Shown: piece after piece, positions 23,051-37,704 of the stretch
How positions within the stretch are numbered: position 1 is the first letter of the stretch
How the letters are laid out: each line of letters starts with the position of its first letter
From: Macrostomum lignano
Lineage: Eukaryota
Reading direction: 5' to 3'
Assembly: GCA_002269645.1 (NCBI GenBank)
Contig: NIVC01002463.1
Coordinates: 1-64,000 of the forward strand
Length of the DNA: 64,000 nt
Made by a program: the position numbers and the translations under genes
Notes under the pieces: model-generated
Databases searched by the model: none
What the model was told of the DNA's origin: nothing
The model's input: the letters and a program-made list of their open reading frames with translations, nothing else

Positions 23051-23982
23051 AAGTCAAGTCAAGTCAAGATCACCTGACCTCTGAGGTGCTCCGCCCTGCT
23101 TCCTTAGTTAACAACCTCTCAGGACTCGCTCACCTCCTTCACGCGCTTCGACAATGAGAAAAAGTGTCCAGCTACCAGCTGTTTGCCAGGCTTTTAGCAG
23201 AGTGCAGTTTAGGCCACTAACTCTGCTGAGAAGGCCCGAAGATCGCGCGATACCAGCAGCCTCAGTTAGCTGGGAAAGCCTCCCAAATTGACTGGCTGGA
23301 ACCCTCCAGCATTAAAGTGTTTGTCGGGGGGAGTTTTTTAGAATAAAAAATGCTCCATCCCCCCTTGCGGACTCCCCAGAGGTCTGGTTAACTATCAGCA
23401 AATAGCATGCATGCTGGACCCACTGCCCAGCCTCACGGGGCCGCGATGGGGAGCTCCAGATGATGATGAAGTGGCAGAAGCTGGCTGTGTCCGGGATCCA
23501 CCACCCCTCCATGTTGCATCCCCCAGCCCTGCAGCAGTGAGCGCCCACTGTGGCAGGCATGGAAAGCAATTTTAATAGCAGCTCTCAGAGCTTATATATG
23601 GATGGTCAATGATGGGGCATTATGAATTTTGACCCCCAACAAGCTCAGCTGCTCTGTTCTGCCGTGGGATATGGGCTGCCTGCACGGGGCCACGGCGCGG
23701 AAGTCTGAAATTTCCAGCCGCTGTTGCTGATGCAGCTTCCCAAGTCCTATGGGAAGTTTTCCCAAAATGGCTACACCGCACCGCTAGCCTGCCCTACTCA
23801 TAAAAAGTTGAATTTCAAACAAATAAGTGACTGATGCGATTTTCTGCTTTGTTCACGATCTCTTCATCTCGAATGTATGGAGTAGAAAACGCGCACGATA
23901 CTACTTTCTCAGCAAAATGCATCTCCGAGATAAAAGGCTTCAGTACTTTAGCGCTAAATGAGAGTTGACAGACAGGCACTAA

Positions 23983-24240
<258 letters not shown>

Positions 24241-24787
24241 AATACTAGTAGAAATAAGCAGAACCGAACCTACTCAGGTTGACTCAGTGAACAAGAAGGC
24301 TCACTCTGAGAAATTCATTTCCCGCAAGACCGAAGCAGAAGTATTAAAGGCTTCGCGAATTCATTTAAGCCGGGTGCTCCATCTGCTAGAAAATTCTTTT
24401 ATTTCAGAACTATAAAATCTTTACAGTTATAGAATTGTGTACAGTTTATTGATTATTCGACGCTTTGAAACGCTGCTACTAAATGTGAATCTGATGGAGC
24501 GAGCGGATCAGACAGAGTACAGGGGAAGTACAGACGTCTGCACTTTTTAGCGTTAGCTACGCAAGCGATTTACACCTCGCTCCATGGCAAATTAATGAAG
24601 ATTAGCTTGTGTTGATAACTATAGCATGATAAAGTCGATTTCAGCTAAGCAAAATATTAACTACTTATAGTAACTAATAATGTTTTAGTGAAAATATGCC
24701 TTTAATTATTTTTTAATTGTAGGTTAAGAATGGATCACTCCATGCACCTGAGAAATGCTACCCCATCAGCATCTCGCTGCATTAATT

Positions 24788-25050
24788 TAGTCAGCATCCA
24801 GCTGCATCAATCAGCATCCATCTTCATCAATCAGCATCCAGCTGCATCAATCAGCATCCAGCTGCATCAATCAGCATCCAGCTGCATCAATCAACATCCA
24901 GTTGCATCAATCAGCATTCAGCTGCATCAATCAGCATCCAGCTGCATCAATCAACATCCAGCTGCATCAATCAGCATCCAGCTGCATCAATCAGCATCCA
25001 GCTGCATCAATCAGCATCCAGCTGCATCAATTAGCATCCAGCTGCATCAG
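24788..25050. repeat. 20-bp minisatellite CAGCATCCAGCTGCATCAAT, about 13 copies, just downstream of the LHFPL-like gene stop
   Basis: Direct reading. Confidence 0.93.
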
Positions 25051-25065
25051 TATTCCTCATCAGCT

Positions 25066-25729
25066 TCATCGCCGCCCACCAGATGCTGCATTCGCAGCAG
25101 CCACTTCATCATCCAGCCTCATTTCAGCGTCCTCCGCTCCGCACGAAGACGAGCCGCCGTCATTTTCAAGTACGTCGTCAGCACTTGGGAAATTTTCTGT
25201 CGCGAGTTGGTCCTGACGCTGCCGCTGCTGCCCTTGCTGCTGCTCCAGCGGCTGCTCCAGTTGGCATTGCTGTTGCTGCTGCATGGGGTGCGGCTGGGTG
25301 ACGTCATCAACGCAGCACTCGGCCGTGCTGGCGTAGGTGCACACGCTGGGCGGCCGGCTGCCAGCGTAAGAGGCGGCCGAGTGCTGCTGATGCAGCTGCT
25401 GCATCGAATGGTAGGAGACGTAGCCGTAGCGAGAGCCGCCGGCCCCGGCAGCGGCCCCAGCCGGGTAGCAACCGAGCAGCTGGTGGCCCATCATTGCCTG
25501 ACGCGGCGGCGCTTGCAGGTAAAACTGCTGGTGCGGCTGCTGGTGATGGTGCAAGCGCTGGTACTCCAGCTGGTGCGGTTGCTGCGGTTGGCGCTGACGC
25601 TGCCAGCTGTGGTGATCCGGGAAGCGCTCGGATAGTGCTGCGCCATCTGGACGGGGAAGACAACGGTGAGTGCGGACAGGAAGCCTCCTGCGCAGGCCAG
25701 GACGAAGGCCCAGCCCAGGTGGCAGTGAC
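25066..25729 (-). CDS. LHFPL/TMHS-family tetraspan protein, exon 4 (TM4 and C-tail). Stop at 25491 as assembled, or at 25066 if a base is missing near 25630
   Basis: Acceptor ccgcag, phase 1. (G)HCHLGWAFVLACAGGFLSALTVVFPVQMAQHYP matches the LHFP C-x-LGWA motif; the overlapping frame encodes a Q/H-rich tail to 25066. Confidence 0.75.
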
Positions 25730-25767
25730 CTGCGGAGGGGAGTGCAGGCGGCTTGATTTTGGTGTTT

Positions 25768-25950
25768 AATAATAATAGAATAGTAATTACCCCAGCTAAT
25801 GCTGGCACTCATTTTACAGCTGGGTGAACTGAAGCAATGCTGAGTTAAATGTCTTGCTCAAGGACACAAATTGTTCCTAGTAGGTCTAGAATCGAACCCC
25901 CGACCTTTCAGTCGTGATTCCGACGCTCTGACCACTGGGCTACACTCCCC
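25768..25950 (-). mobile_element. tRNA-derived CORE-like SINE copy (3' part missing)
   Basis: Minus strand gggagtgtagcccagtggtcagagcgtcgg...ggttcgattc...gtgtccttgagcaagacatttaactcagcattgcttcagttcacccagctgtaaaatgag. Confidence 0.85.
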
Positions 25951-27170
25951 ATTTTTAAATATTTTTTTATCTTTAGAAGAACATCAAAATTTAGAAGATA
26001 ATGAAACTCGTGATAGACGCAGGTCGCTTTTTTGAGCTTGTGAAACTTCATTAGCTCGAAACTTCACATCGTTGAAACTTCTAGTGCAAGTCACTTCCGC
26101 CAACTCACTGCAAGCTCACAATTTATACGATGTAAATTTTCTAGCTTGTGAAAGTGATTCACTCCAGAATAATGATGTTTGAAATCCAATTTCACTATCT
26201 GCCATGCGTAATTCTTTTGGTCAGAACTGTAAGAGATTCGCTTCGAATTCGTTTCTCACTACTCGTGTTAGTAGGCTCATTTTGTTATTATTAAGATCTT
26301 ATTGTCCATGTTACAAAAGTTCTGAAGTTTAGAAGAGAATTTGTGTCAAAATTTCGAAACATTTTGCTCAATTCTGCTGGCAGTAATGTTTCTTTCTTAA
26401 ACTAATATGGACCATCCGCATGACGCATGTTTCTATATTTGGAACTCCATTGCATGACTTCATCGGTGGCGAATTGTCAATATTATGGCTTTCTGAGGAC
26501 AATTAAATGTTTATAATTAGATAGGCAATAAAATAATAAAAACACTTTGTCCTTAATAAAACTAAGTTCCAAGTAATGTTCTATATTTAGAACGCAATCA
26601 AGTGACGTCATTTTCTATTTTTAAACTACAACTTAGTATTACTCAAAAGATCGAGTCGTAATGTTCTATATATTTAGAACACAAATCAAATGATGTCATT
26701 TTCTATTTTTAATCCCAATTTAACTTACCTCAAAATATCTAAACACTCATACTAAGAGTAAACTGGCTGCCAAAAGGCCTAAAATGTCTTCTGTTTCAAT
26801 ACACAGACTGCTCTCTAACCAAACTTGTTATGCATGCCAGGTTAAGCGTGAACTGAGAGGTCTTCTCGGGCTGGACAGCGGAGCCCCTGCTGGCTCGTCT
26901 TTTCATCAATTTTCTATGCGGGATTCTGCACCCGCTCTCCCCTCCCTATCTCTCCATCTCTATCACTCCATCCAGCTCCGCATCTACTGGCGCAATTTCC
27001 TTCGGCTAACTCCCTAAATATCCCCACCAACCCCCCCCCCCGCAGCCCCATGCAGCTCTGAGGCGGTGCAGCCTGACTGCAAGCAGAACGCATTGGGGGG
27101 GGGGGCACACGAGACTCATGGCCCTAAAGCGTCGAATTTTGCCGAATAGTCCAGAATGATGGAACGGGGT

Positions 27171-27280
<110 letters not shown>

Positions 27281-27734
27281 AGATGCATGGGGGAAACACG
27301 AGTGAAGAAGATGTTCAGCTGTGCATGTGCGCCAGCCTGCAGTGCAGGTCCTGCATGCCATGCAACTGGGGGAGGGACAAGTTTTCCGGAATCCAACGCA
27401 TCACAGGCGGCACGCAACGCGTCCCTCTGCCTCTCCCCATCTCTCGCATGTGCCGATATCTTTCACCAGCCCCATCCTGCAGAGCGTGTTCGCGGAAAAA
27501 GTTTTACACAGCAGAAAGCGGAGAGCTTCGGTGCAAGGAAATTCCTCCTTCATAGTCCAGTCATCATGACTTCTCTGCAGCTTGCAGGCACGAAGGCATG
27601 CCATGAGCGGCAGAAGGCACGCACACACAGACACACAGAGACGCACAGAGACGGACACAGACAGACACAAAAGCAGACACAGTGATACACTGAGACAGAG
27701 ACAAGACAGCGGGCAGACACGGAGACAGTCACAG

Positions 27735-28510
27735 AGACAAATAGAGACAGTCACGGAGACAGGCACAGAAGCAAACAGAGACGGTCACGGAGACAGGCAC
27801 AGAAGCAAACAGAGACGGTCACGGAGACAGGCACAGAAGCAAACAGAGACGGTCACGGAGACAGGCACAGAAGCAAACAGAGACGGTCACGGAGACAGGC
27901 ACAGAAGCAAACAGAGACGGTCACGGAGACAGGCACAGAAGCAAACAGAGACGGTCACGGAGACAGGCACAGAAGCAAACAGAGACGGTCACGGAGACAG
28001 GCACAGAAGCGAATAGAGACGGTCACGGAGACAGGCACAGAAGCAAACAGAGACGGTCACGGAGACAGGCACAGAAGCAAACAGAGACGGTCACGGAGAC
28101 AGGCACAGAAGCAAACAGAGACGGTCACGGAGACAGGCACAGAAGCAAACAGAGACGGTCACGGAGACAGGCACAGAAGCGAATAGAGACGGTCACGGAG
28201 ACAGGCACAGAAGCAAACAGAGACGGTCACGGAGACAGGCACAGAAGCAAACAGAGACGGTCACGGAGACAGGCACAGAGATAAATAGAGACAGTCACGG
28301 AGACAGGCACAGAGACAAATAGAGACAGTCACGGAGACAGGCACAGAGACAAATAGAGACAGTCACGGAGACAGGCACAGAGACAAATAGAGACAGTCAC
28401 GGAGACAGGCACAGAGATAAATAGAGACAGTCACGGAGACAGGCACAGAGACAAATAGAGACAGTCACAGAGACAGGCACAGAGACAAATAGAGACAGTC
28501 ACGGAGACAG
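27735..28510. repeat. 34-bp minisatellite GACAGGCACAGAAGCAAACAGAGACGGTCACGGA, about 22 copies
   Basis: Direct reading; a second variant (gagacaaatagagacagtc) dominates the right end. Confidence 0.95.
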
Positions 28511-28985
28511 TCAGAGACAGACAGACCAAACATTCTCTGCTATCCTCCTTTGCCCGCTATCCCTCCCCCCTCCCGCCCAAGATACGCTGGCATGAAATTT
28601 TCTCCGGATCGCAGCATCTGGTCGAAGCAGTGAGGGGGAACTGGGGCGGAGAGGGAGGGGAGGTAGAGCCCTCGAGAGTTCAAATCTGCAGTTTAATTGA
28701 AGCCAGAAAAACTGGCGGGTCGGTTTGGGGTTGAATGGAAGAATGGGGAAGACCAGCTAAACAGGCATGCAGAGCGGCTCATAGACGCTCTGACTCTGAG
28801 TCAGAATATTGGAGTGGAAATAAACTGCCTAGCAGTTTATTCCGTTCGGAAGGGAATGAAATCGATTGCGTCTGCCAGACTGGCAATCAACAGACAGACT
28901 GACAGGCAGACCCTAAGGCGTTAGGAAACTCAGAAAGTCAGCCAAAAGTAGTATAAAGAGAACAATTACTAGACCACAGGCAGAA

Positions 28986-29048
28986 AAAAGACAGACAGAC
29001 AGACAGACAGAAACACAGACAGACATAAAGACAGACAGGCAGACAGGC

Positions 29049-29093
<45 letters not shown>

Positions 29094-29108
29094 CTAAGAC
29101 AGACACTA

Positions 29109-29153
<45 letters not shown>

Positions 29154-29156
29154 CTA

Positions 29157-29229
<73 letters not shown>

Positions 29230-29232
29230 CTA

Positions 29233-29297
<65 letters not shown>
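28986..29297. repeat. (GACA)n microsatellite with CACTAA interruptions, adjacent to the LHFPL exon 3 donor
   Basis: Direct reading. Confidence 0.96.
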
Positions 29298-29305
29298 TGT
29301 CTCAC

Positions 29306-29407
29306 CTGCACTGAAGGCCCCAGCCGCCGGTCCGCACACCTGGCTGACTTCCGGATTCGACTGCCAGCCGGCCGGGTAGAGCAGGCAGGCGAGGATGATG
29401 CAGAAAG
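29306..29407 (-). CDS. LHFPL/TMHS-family protein, exon 3
   Basis: Acceptor acgcag, donor gtgaga, phase 1-1. (A)[33 protein letters not shown](G) carries the family YPxGW...V...CG motif. Confidence 0.9.
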
Positions 29408-31312
29408 CTGCGTGATCAGTTTGGGGGGGTTGGCAGCGATCAGTCCAGCTCAGATGCGAATAATTGCAGTTCAGTCAAGCGGCAAGCGGCCCATCCCGTG
29501 AAGAAGGAAGCCAGACCTACTCGACTCGACAAGTGAAAGAATGGCGGCATCCGGAAACTGAGCGGCAGAATTTGAAGCGGATGGCAGCTGCGGCCACTCA
29601 ACACCTTTGTGGCTGCAGCGGGCGCTGATTGATGGCTAAATTAATTGCCATTGACGGCTGCTACTGCAGATGAAGGAGTCTGGGGGATGTGGAACAGCCA
29701 GGTAAGGCCAAGTCTGACACGGCTGCAGCCACTGTGCAAAATTCAATTTCTGCTTTGACAACAATTTTTTTGTCAAAACGAAATTTGCTCCAAAGGCTGG
29801 CAATGTTTTTCTAAGAAACAGCAGCTTTCCTGGCGGATTGAAGGCCGTGGGAAACAAGCCAGCTGGCCCGGCCTCTGGTCCGGCAGCAGCAGGAGCAGCA
29901 AGATGAGTGCCGCAGGTGGAAGCAAGTTTACCGATTAGGAAAAGTGCATCAAGAAGGGGGTGGGAGAGCCGGGCCGCTGTCTCCCCGCTGGGATGTTGCC
30001 AAGTGCTTGAGGGATCAAGCTTTGAAGGGGGGAAATGGAGAGAGAGAATGGGGGAATTCGATTTGCCCCCCCCCCGCAGCGAAGCAAATCCGATCTCAAG
30101 TTTCGATATGTGTGGATGAGATGGAGCTGTGGGTGGTGAGGCTGGGAGCGCCAGCGACTGTTGCTCCTGGTGAGACCGCACTGTCTGTCTGACAGCTTTG
30201 ACGCCAGTATCGACTGTGTGCGATGGAGAGCATACCAGATGCTGGCAGACTTGGCCAGTTTTGGATAAATAGATTATCTGCCGGATGTGGGAACAACCAG
30301 CCCCGGGTGTGGGAAAACTTCCCTTGGTGTCGCCAATTAAAAAGCGCTCAAAGCATCTAAAAAAACCCAGCTTGCACCCGCAGCCAGCTGTTCCGCTGAA
30401 TCCCGAGCGCTCACAAAGGTGCATTCTGTTCTGGTTCACAGGACAGCCAAGGGAGGTGAAATATTGTTTTAAAAAGTTGGCCATCAAGCCGCTGGCTGTA
30501 GGCTTGGAATGGGGTCAAAAATGACGGTTGGGAAAACTGACTGGGGATTAGAGTTTAGGGGGGATATTCCTCCGATTTCCGTCTGTTCGAGCTGTACTAA
30601 AGCTGAACTCGAGCTCAGTGCAGTGTAATTTGCCTTTAACTGTGGCTGCCTTGAAAACTTCAAACTGGCTACTAACCGTGCCCAACATCTGCTTAACTTG
30701 CATCTATTCAATTATTTGTTCATGAGTTCGTCCACTGGGCCTAATTGGACCAGAGTGAACAATGAGATTCTTCAATCTAAAGTAACCTGAGGCGTTTGAG
30801 CCGCTCAGTTCTCCGATTCAAAGCGGGACTCAATGAATCGGCCCCAGTGGACAGTGATCAATCACTGATGAGGCGCCGTGCTGGTCTCTGCGCACTACAA
30901 CAGCAATCCATCCTTCGATTTGCCCTCTCTTACCCGATCCGGCTCTAATTCTCTCCTAGAAGGAAGAAGACGGACAGGCAAAAGAAAGTTCGAAGTCAAG
31001 ATAGGAGCTTTACAAATCCTGACGGATATTCCAATTTTTAATCGCATCGCCCTTGTTTCCGCGTGGTTCTGCGCGTGTCCGGATCCCGCTGATTGCTGCA
31101 TGAGGTCGGCCGGGCTGCGCAGATGAGGATGAAGTTGTGCGCAGAAGCTGGATCCTCTTTCCAAAAAATGTCTTCCCCTTGCAAACTGGGACTCTGGCAT
31201 CGAGGGTTTACCTCTTGGCTGAAGAAACTGCAACAACTGGTCTGCAAGCATAGGATTGCGAGCGCTTGTGAAGGACAGACCCGCGGGTGTATGGGGCAAC
31301 TGCAAAGAGACC

Positions 31313-32145
<833 letters not shown>

Positions 32146-32153
32146 CTCTTACG

Positions 32154-35100
32154 ACTGTCTGTGTGTTTAGCGGGACCTGAGTTATGTTAATGCGTTACGT
32201 GGACCACGCAATTCCGGTTAAAAAATAGAGTCTGTTTTGACAACGCGAAAGGCTAGCTAGGGTTATCTTTTTGTTAACTTGACGGAATAGCCAGTTCGGG
32301 GAAACTGTGGTGGTTCACTAACTACGTTTTGGGGACCGGGTTAGGTGGACCGCAAAAAAACAGTTGGTTTAGTTAGACCTCTTTCGTTGTAGAAAATTTA
32401 TTGATTTAAACTGTTCTTTTGAACTAATTAAAACAGAAATTCTCAAAAAGAACAGATAAAAGGGTTACGACGTCATTTAATGAAAATATCCCAAGTTCAA
32501 ACCAATTTATTTAGCATTACTAATCGGGTTAATCGGTTAAACAAATGTACGATCGCATTAGTTAGTTGCGTCGCGTGAATACAAGAAGGTGAATGAAAAT
32601 AAAGCATTTTGAAAATAAATACAGAATCATATCAAATACTAACTGTAAACTCATTAAAACTAATTTAGGTCAAAATGTATGCTTCAAATACATGTTAACA
32701 AACGTAAGATTCCATTAGTTAAAAAGGTCATCCGAGTACGAGCCTACAAGAAGTTGAAGGGCATTTTTAATAACGACAAAAGTTACTAAAACTGAAATTA
32801 AATTGATTTGACTACATCAGTCCTATTATACTGAATGAGTTTGTGAGCAATCATATGATAAGCCAATCATTTTACCGACTTTCATCTTTTCGTTCACGCA
32901 GATGATGGATTAATCTTCTCGACAGAGAAATCTGTTCGAGTTGTGTCTGTAGGTTAGGTGGACCAGCTACTCCACAGCACTTCTAGGCGATAATCTGAGC
33001 CAGGAGTCTCCGAGAGACTTTCGTTACACATCCAGATGTTCTGCCTTGATGCTGGACTAGCTCACTTTCTAGGAATCTGTTCTGATTGCATTCTAACAAA
33101 CTGAAGCATTTTCTGCACTAAACTTTCTCGGCGGCTCTGAGAGCCAGAGCCTAAACAGACAGAGAAATCTGTTCGAGTTGTGTCTGTAGGTTAGGTGGAC
33201 CAGCTACTCCACAGCACTTCTAGGCGATAATCTGAGCCAGGAGTCTTCGAGAGACTTTCGTTACACATCCAGATGTTCTGCCTTGATGCTGGACTAGCTC
33301 ACTTTCTAGGAATCTGTTCTGATTGCATTCTAACAAACTGAAGCATTCTCGGCACTAAACTTTCTCGGCGGCTCTGAGAGCCAGAGCCTCAAACAGACAG
33401 AGAAATCTGTTCGAGTTGTGTCTGTAGGTTAGGTGGACCAGCTACTGAGAGCCAAAGCCTCAAACAGACTGAGAGAGCTGCTTCAGTTGTGTCTGTAGGT
33501 TATGTGGACCACCTAAGAGCCAGAGCCCTAAACAGACAGAGAAATCTGTTCGAGTTGTGTCTGTAGGTTAGGTGGACCAGCTACTCCACAGCACTTCTAG
33601 GCGATAATCTGAGCCAGGAGTCTTCGAGAGACTTTCGTTACACATCCAGATGTTCTGCCTTGATGCTGGACTAGCTCACTTTCTAGGAATCTGTTCTGAT
33701 TGCATTCTAACAAACTGAAGCATTCTCGGCACTAAACTTTCTCGGCGGCTCTGAGAGCCAGAGCCTCAAACAGACAGAGAAATCTGTTCGAGTTGTGTCT
33801 GTAGGTTAGGTGGACCAGCTACTCCACAGCACTTCTAGGCGATAATCTGAGCCAGGAATCTCCGAGAGCCTCTCGTTACACATCCAGATGTTCTGCCTTG
33901 ATGCTGGACTAGCTCACTTTCTAGGAATCTGTTCTGATTGCATTCTAACAAACTGAAGCATTCTCGGCACTAAACTTTCTCGGCGGCTCTGAGAGCCAGA
34001 GCCTCAAACAGACAGAGAAATCTGTTCGAGTTGTGTCTGTAGGTTAGGTGGACCAGCTATTCTACAGCACTTCTAGGCGATAATCTGAGCCAGGAATCTC
34101 CGAGAGCCTCTCGTTACACATCCAGATGTTCTGCCTTGATGCTGGACTAGCTCACTTTCTAGGAATCTGTTCTGATTGCATTCTAACAAACTGAAGCATT
34201 TTCTGCACTAAACTTTCTCGGCGGCTCTGAGAGCCAGAGCCTAAACAGACAGAGAAATCTGTTCGAGTTGTGTCTGTAGGTTAGGTGGACCACCTTCTGA
34301 GAGCCAAAGCCTCAAACAGACTGAGAGAGCTGCTTCAGTTGTGTCTGTAGGTTATGAGGACCACCTAAGAGCCAGAGCCTCAAACAGACAGAGAAATCTG
34401 TTCGAGTTGTGTCTGTAGGTTAGGTGGACCAGCTACTCCACAGCACTTCTAGGCGATAATCTGAGCCAGGAGTCTCCGAGAGACTTTCGTTACACATCCA
34501 GATGTTCTGCCTTGATGCTGGACTAGCTCACTTTCTAGGAATCTGTTCTGATTGCATTCTAACAAACTGAAGCATTTTCTGCACTAAACTTTCTCGGCGG
34601 CTCTGAGAGCCAGAGCCTAAACAGACAGAGAAATCTGTTCGAGTTGTGTCTGTAGGTTAGGTGGACCAGCTACTCCACAGCACTTCTAGGCGATAATCTG
34701 AGCCAGGAGTCTCCGAGAGACTTTCGTTACACATCCAGATGTTCTGCCTTGATGCTGGACTAGCTCACTTTCTAGGAATCTGTTCTGATTGCATTCTAAC
34801 AAACTGAAGCATTCTCGGCACTAAACTTTCTCGGCGGCTCTGACAGCCAGAGCCTCAAACAGACAGAGAAATCTGTTCGAGTTGTGTCTGTAGGTTAGGT
34901 GGACCAGCTACTGAGAGCCAAAGCCTCAAACAGACTGAGAGAGCTGCTTCAGTTGTGTCTGTAGGTTATGTGGACCACCTAAGAGCCAGAGCCCTAAACA
35001 GACAGAGAAATCTGTTCGAGTTGTGTCTGTAGGTTAGGTGGACCAGCTACTCCACAGCACTTCTAGGCGATAATCTGAGCCAGGAGTCTTCGAGAGACTT

Positions 35101-37701
35101 TCGTTACACATCCAGATGTTCTGCCTTGATGCTGGACTAGCTCACTTTCTAGGAATCTGTTCTGATTGCATTCTAACAAACTGAAGCATTCTCGGCACTA
35201 AACTTTCTCGGCGGCTCTGAGAGCCAGAGCCTCAAACAGACAGAGAAATCTGTTCGAGTTGTGTCTGTAGGTTAGGTGGACCAGCTATTCTACAGCACTT
35301 CTAGGCGATAATCTGAGCCAGGAGTCTCCGAGAGACTTTCGTTACACATCCAGATGTTCTGCCTTGATGCTGGACTAGCTCACTTTCTAGGAATCTGTTC
35401 TGATTGCATTCTAACAAACTGAAGCATTCTCGGCACTAAACTTTCTCGGCGGCTCTGAGAGCCAGAGCCTCAAACAGACAGAGAAATCTGTTCGAGTTGT
35501 GTCTGTAGGTTAGGTGGACCAGCTACTGAGAGCCAAAGCCTCAAACAGACTGAGAGAGCTGCTTCAGTTGTGTCTGTAGGTTATGTGGACCACCTAAGAG
35601 CCAGAGCCCTAAACAGACAGAGAAATCTGTTCGAGTTGTGTCTGTAGGTTAGGTGGACCAGCTACTCCACAGCACTTCTAGGCGATAATCTGAGCCAGGA
35701 ATCTCCGAGAGCCTCTCGTTACACATCCAGATGTTCTACCTCGATGCTGGACTAGCTCACTTTCTAGGAATATGTTCTGATTGCATTCTAACAAACTGAA
35801 GCATTCTCGGCACTAAACTTTCTCGGCGGCTCTGAGAGCCAGAGCCTCAAACAGACAGAGAAATCTGTTCGAGTTGTGTCTGTAGGTTAGGTGGACCACC
35901 TTCTGAGAGCCAAAGCCTCAAACAGACTGAGAGAGCTGATTCAGTTGTGTCTGTAGGTTAGGTGGACCAGCTTCTCTACAGCAATTGAGTTGCAGGCCTT
36001 GCAGCTAGCTACTTTGAGATCATCAAACGAAACTCACTTTTCTGGACTCGGTGTCGACGGATTTGCGAGCAGACTGATGATTTTCACCAGGCGATGCGGC
36101 TTCTTCGATTTCGCAGTGGCTTTTTGCGACGGTGTTTTTTTAGTTTTTATTTTAGGCTTGGCGTCCTTTTTTGCGGGTCATCATATCTTGGTTGTAGATT
36201 ACAGTTTTTGGCACAATAAATTTATATATGGATGAAACTTGGAGTAAGGATTAACATTAGACCTATTAAGTATAAAAAAACCGTTCTAATCTATACAATT
36301 GCAATCCTTTAGAGTTGTATAGTATGGATTATAAGTACTTTCTTTTAAACTGTCTGTGTCTGGTCTCACTACGCCATGGTTTACGTGGACCACCCGCTTA
36401 GACATTATATATCCCTCTCTCCACTGTCTTACCTTCAGAACGCTTGCGGGTTTCCTATTGGCTGCGGTCGGTCCCATTGTTGGGGTGGATCTATCCTCCT
36501 AAGTGTTAACCAGCCAATTATAGAAAGGGAGGTCTGTCTGTCTGTCTGTTCCAACCCTATACTCCTGCACATGTGTTTACGAGGACCAAACAGACAGTGA
36601 GTGTTAGGCTGACTGTTAATGCGTTCTTAGTTTTACTGGGACCGCAATCAAGACCCGATCGCTAGCTAAAAGGCCCTTCTTAATTGCGTCCTCTTGATCA
36701 AATCTTTTGCATGTACATGTATGAATTGTCCTTTTCAATTAGGTAAATTGCATCTTCAACTTTGCACTTGAAAGGCTGCAGCTTAGGATCTTCTTCTTCC
36801 AACATTGGAGGAGGATAGAACAGGATATCCCATAGTGTTTAGGATAGAATTGGCAAGCACTTAATTTATGAAGTTGCTATTTTCTTCTTGTGTAATGGTA
36901 GAGCCTCAGAAATTCGCATTTACACAGTGTGGCTATCAAGGACCACTGGGAGTTCTTGAGAAGTCATTGAAGAATACTATTTAAGCTTCACTTAAATATC
37001 TTTCTTGTCTCGGAGTCTTTATCGTTTGATCTGGTTAGCGAATTGGATTTCTTTACGTTGGTGTCTTACTCTGTGAGTCTGTGCTCAGAGTACGATACCG
37101 GAATTGCTGGAACTGAGCTAATTAAATGGAGTTTAAAGTTTACTGTATCAAATTCATTTCGCATACGAGGTTTCAGAATTTTTAATTAACCTGCGCACCT
37201 ACTTGAATGTCAAAGAACTGAACGCATATTGTTTTAAAGCCAGTAGCGGTCATAATATGATGCCAACATAGCCCTTTGTTCGTAAGGTAATGATCTGTAA
37301 AAAATTCAGTTTTGCATCGAATCTATGCTTAATAACTGCTATACACAAACAGACACAAACAGACACAAACAGACACAAACAGACACAAACAGACGATTTT
37401 CGAAAAATTTTCTAAAATTTTTCGGTTTACGTGGACCAGACTCGCTCGGTTTAGGTAGACCAGGCTGGAGGTCCAGCTAAACTGAAATGCAAATAACTTT
37501 GGAAAAATCCATGCTAGACATCCCAAAATTGCTTAAGCCTTTCTTGACCCGCCTGACATTAATGTGAGATCCTCATCAACGTCTTAACCCCACCAGAGAC
37601 AAAATTATTTGGTGGTCCACCTAAGTGGTCTACCTACACCGGTTGGTCCAGCTAACGAGGCTACTGAACTTCCAAAAAGTCCACGTAAACACACAGACAG
37701 T
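32154..37701. mobile_element. Putative non-autonomous TIR element (about 5.5 kb) inserted in a (GACA)n array
   Basis: Perfect 16-bp inverted repeat ACTGTCTGTGTGTTTA (32154-32169 and 37686-37701). GTGGACC motifs occur direct at 32199, 32345, 36385, 37431 and inverted at 37614, 37679. No transposase seen; TSD not resolvable. Confidence 0.5.
32921..35975. repeat. Higher-order satellite of about 238-bp long units and paired about 70-bp short units
   Basis: Every unit starts GACAGAGAAATCTGTTCGAGTTGTGTCTGTAGGTTAGGTGGACC or a close variant; order LL-SS-LLL-SS-LL-SS-LL-SS-L-SS. Confidence 0.93.
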
Positions 37702-37704
37702 AGA

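Noticed and set aside
29636-31305. Cluster of 70-283 aa ORFs in LHFPL intron 2, possibly a decayed transposase
   Set aside because: No motif I can assign in any frame; needs tBLASTx/HMM search.
32921-35975. CRISPR-like repeat/spacer appearance, or tandem exons (ctaacctacag acceptor and gtgagc donor on the minus strand)
   Set aside because: The 'spacers' are identical between units, the context is eukaryotic with no cas genes, and the putative exon has stops in all three frames.
36020-36185. Lys-rich minus-strand stretch with KKPHR and ARKS words like a histone H3 tail
   Set aside because: The words are in different frames and no histone fold follows.
36780-37100. Possible GIY-YIG/Penelope remnant (RISEAL-like)
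   Set aside because: Too short and interrupted by stops to support.
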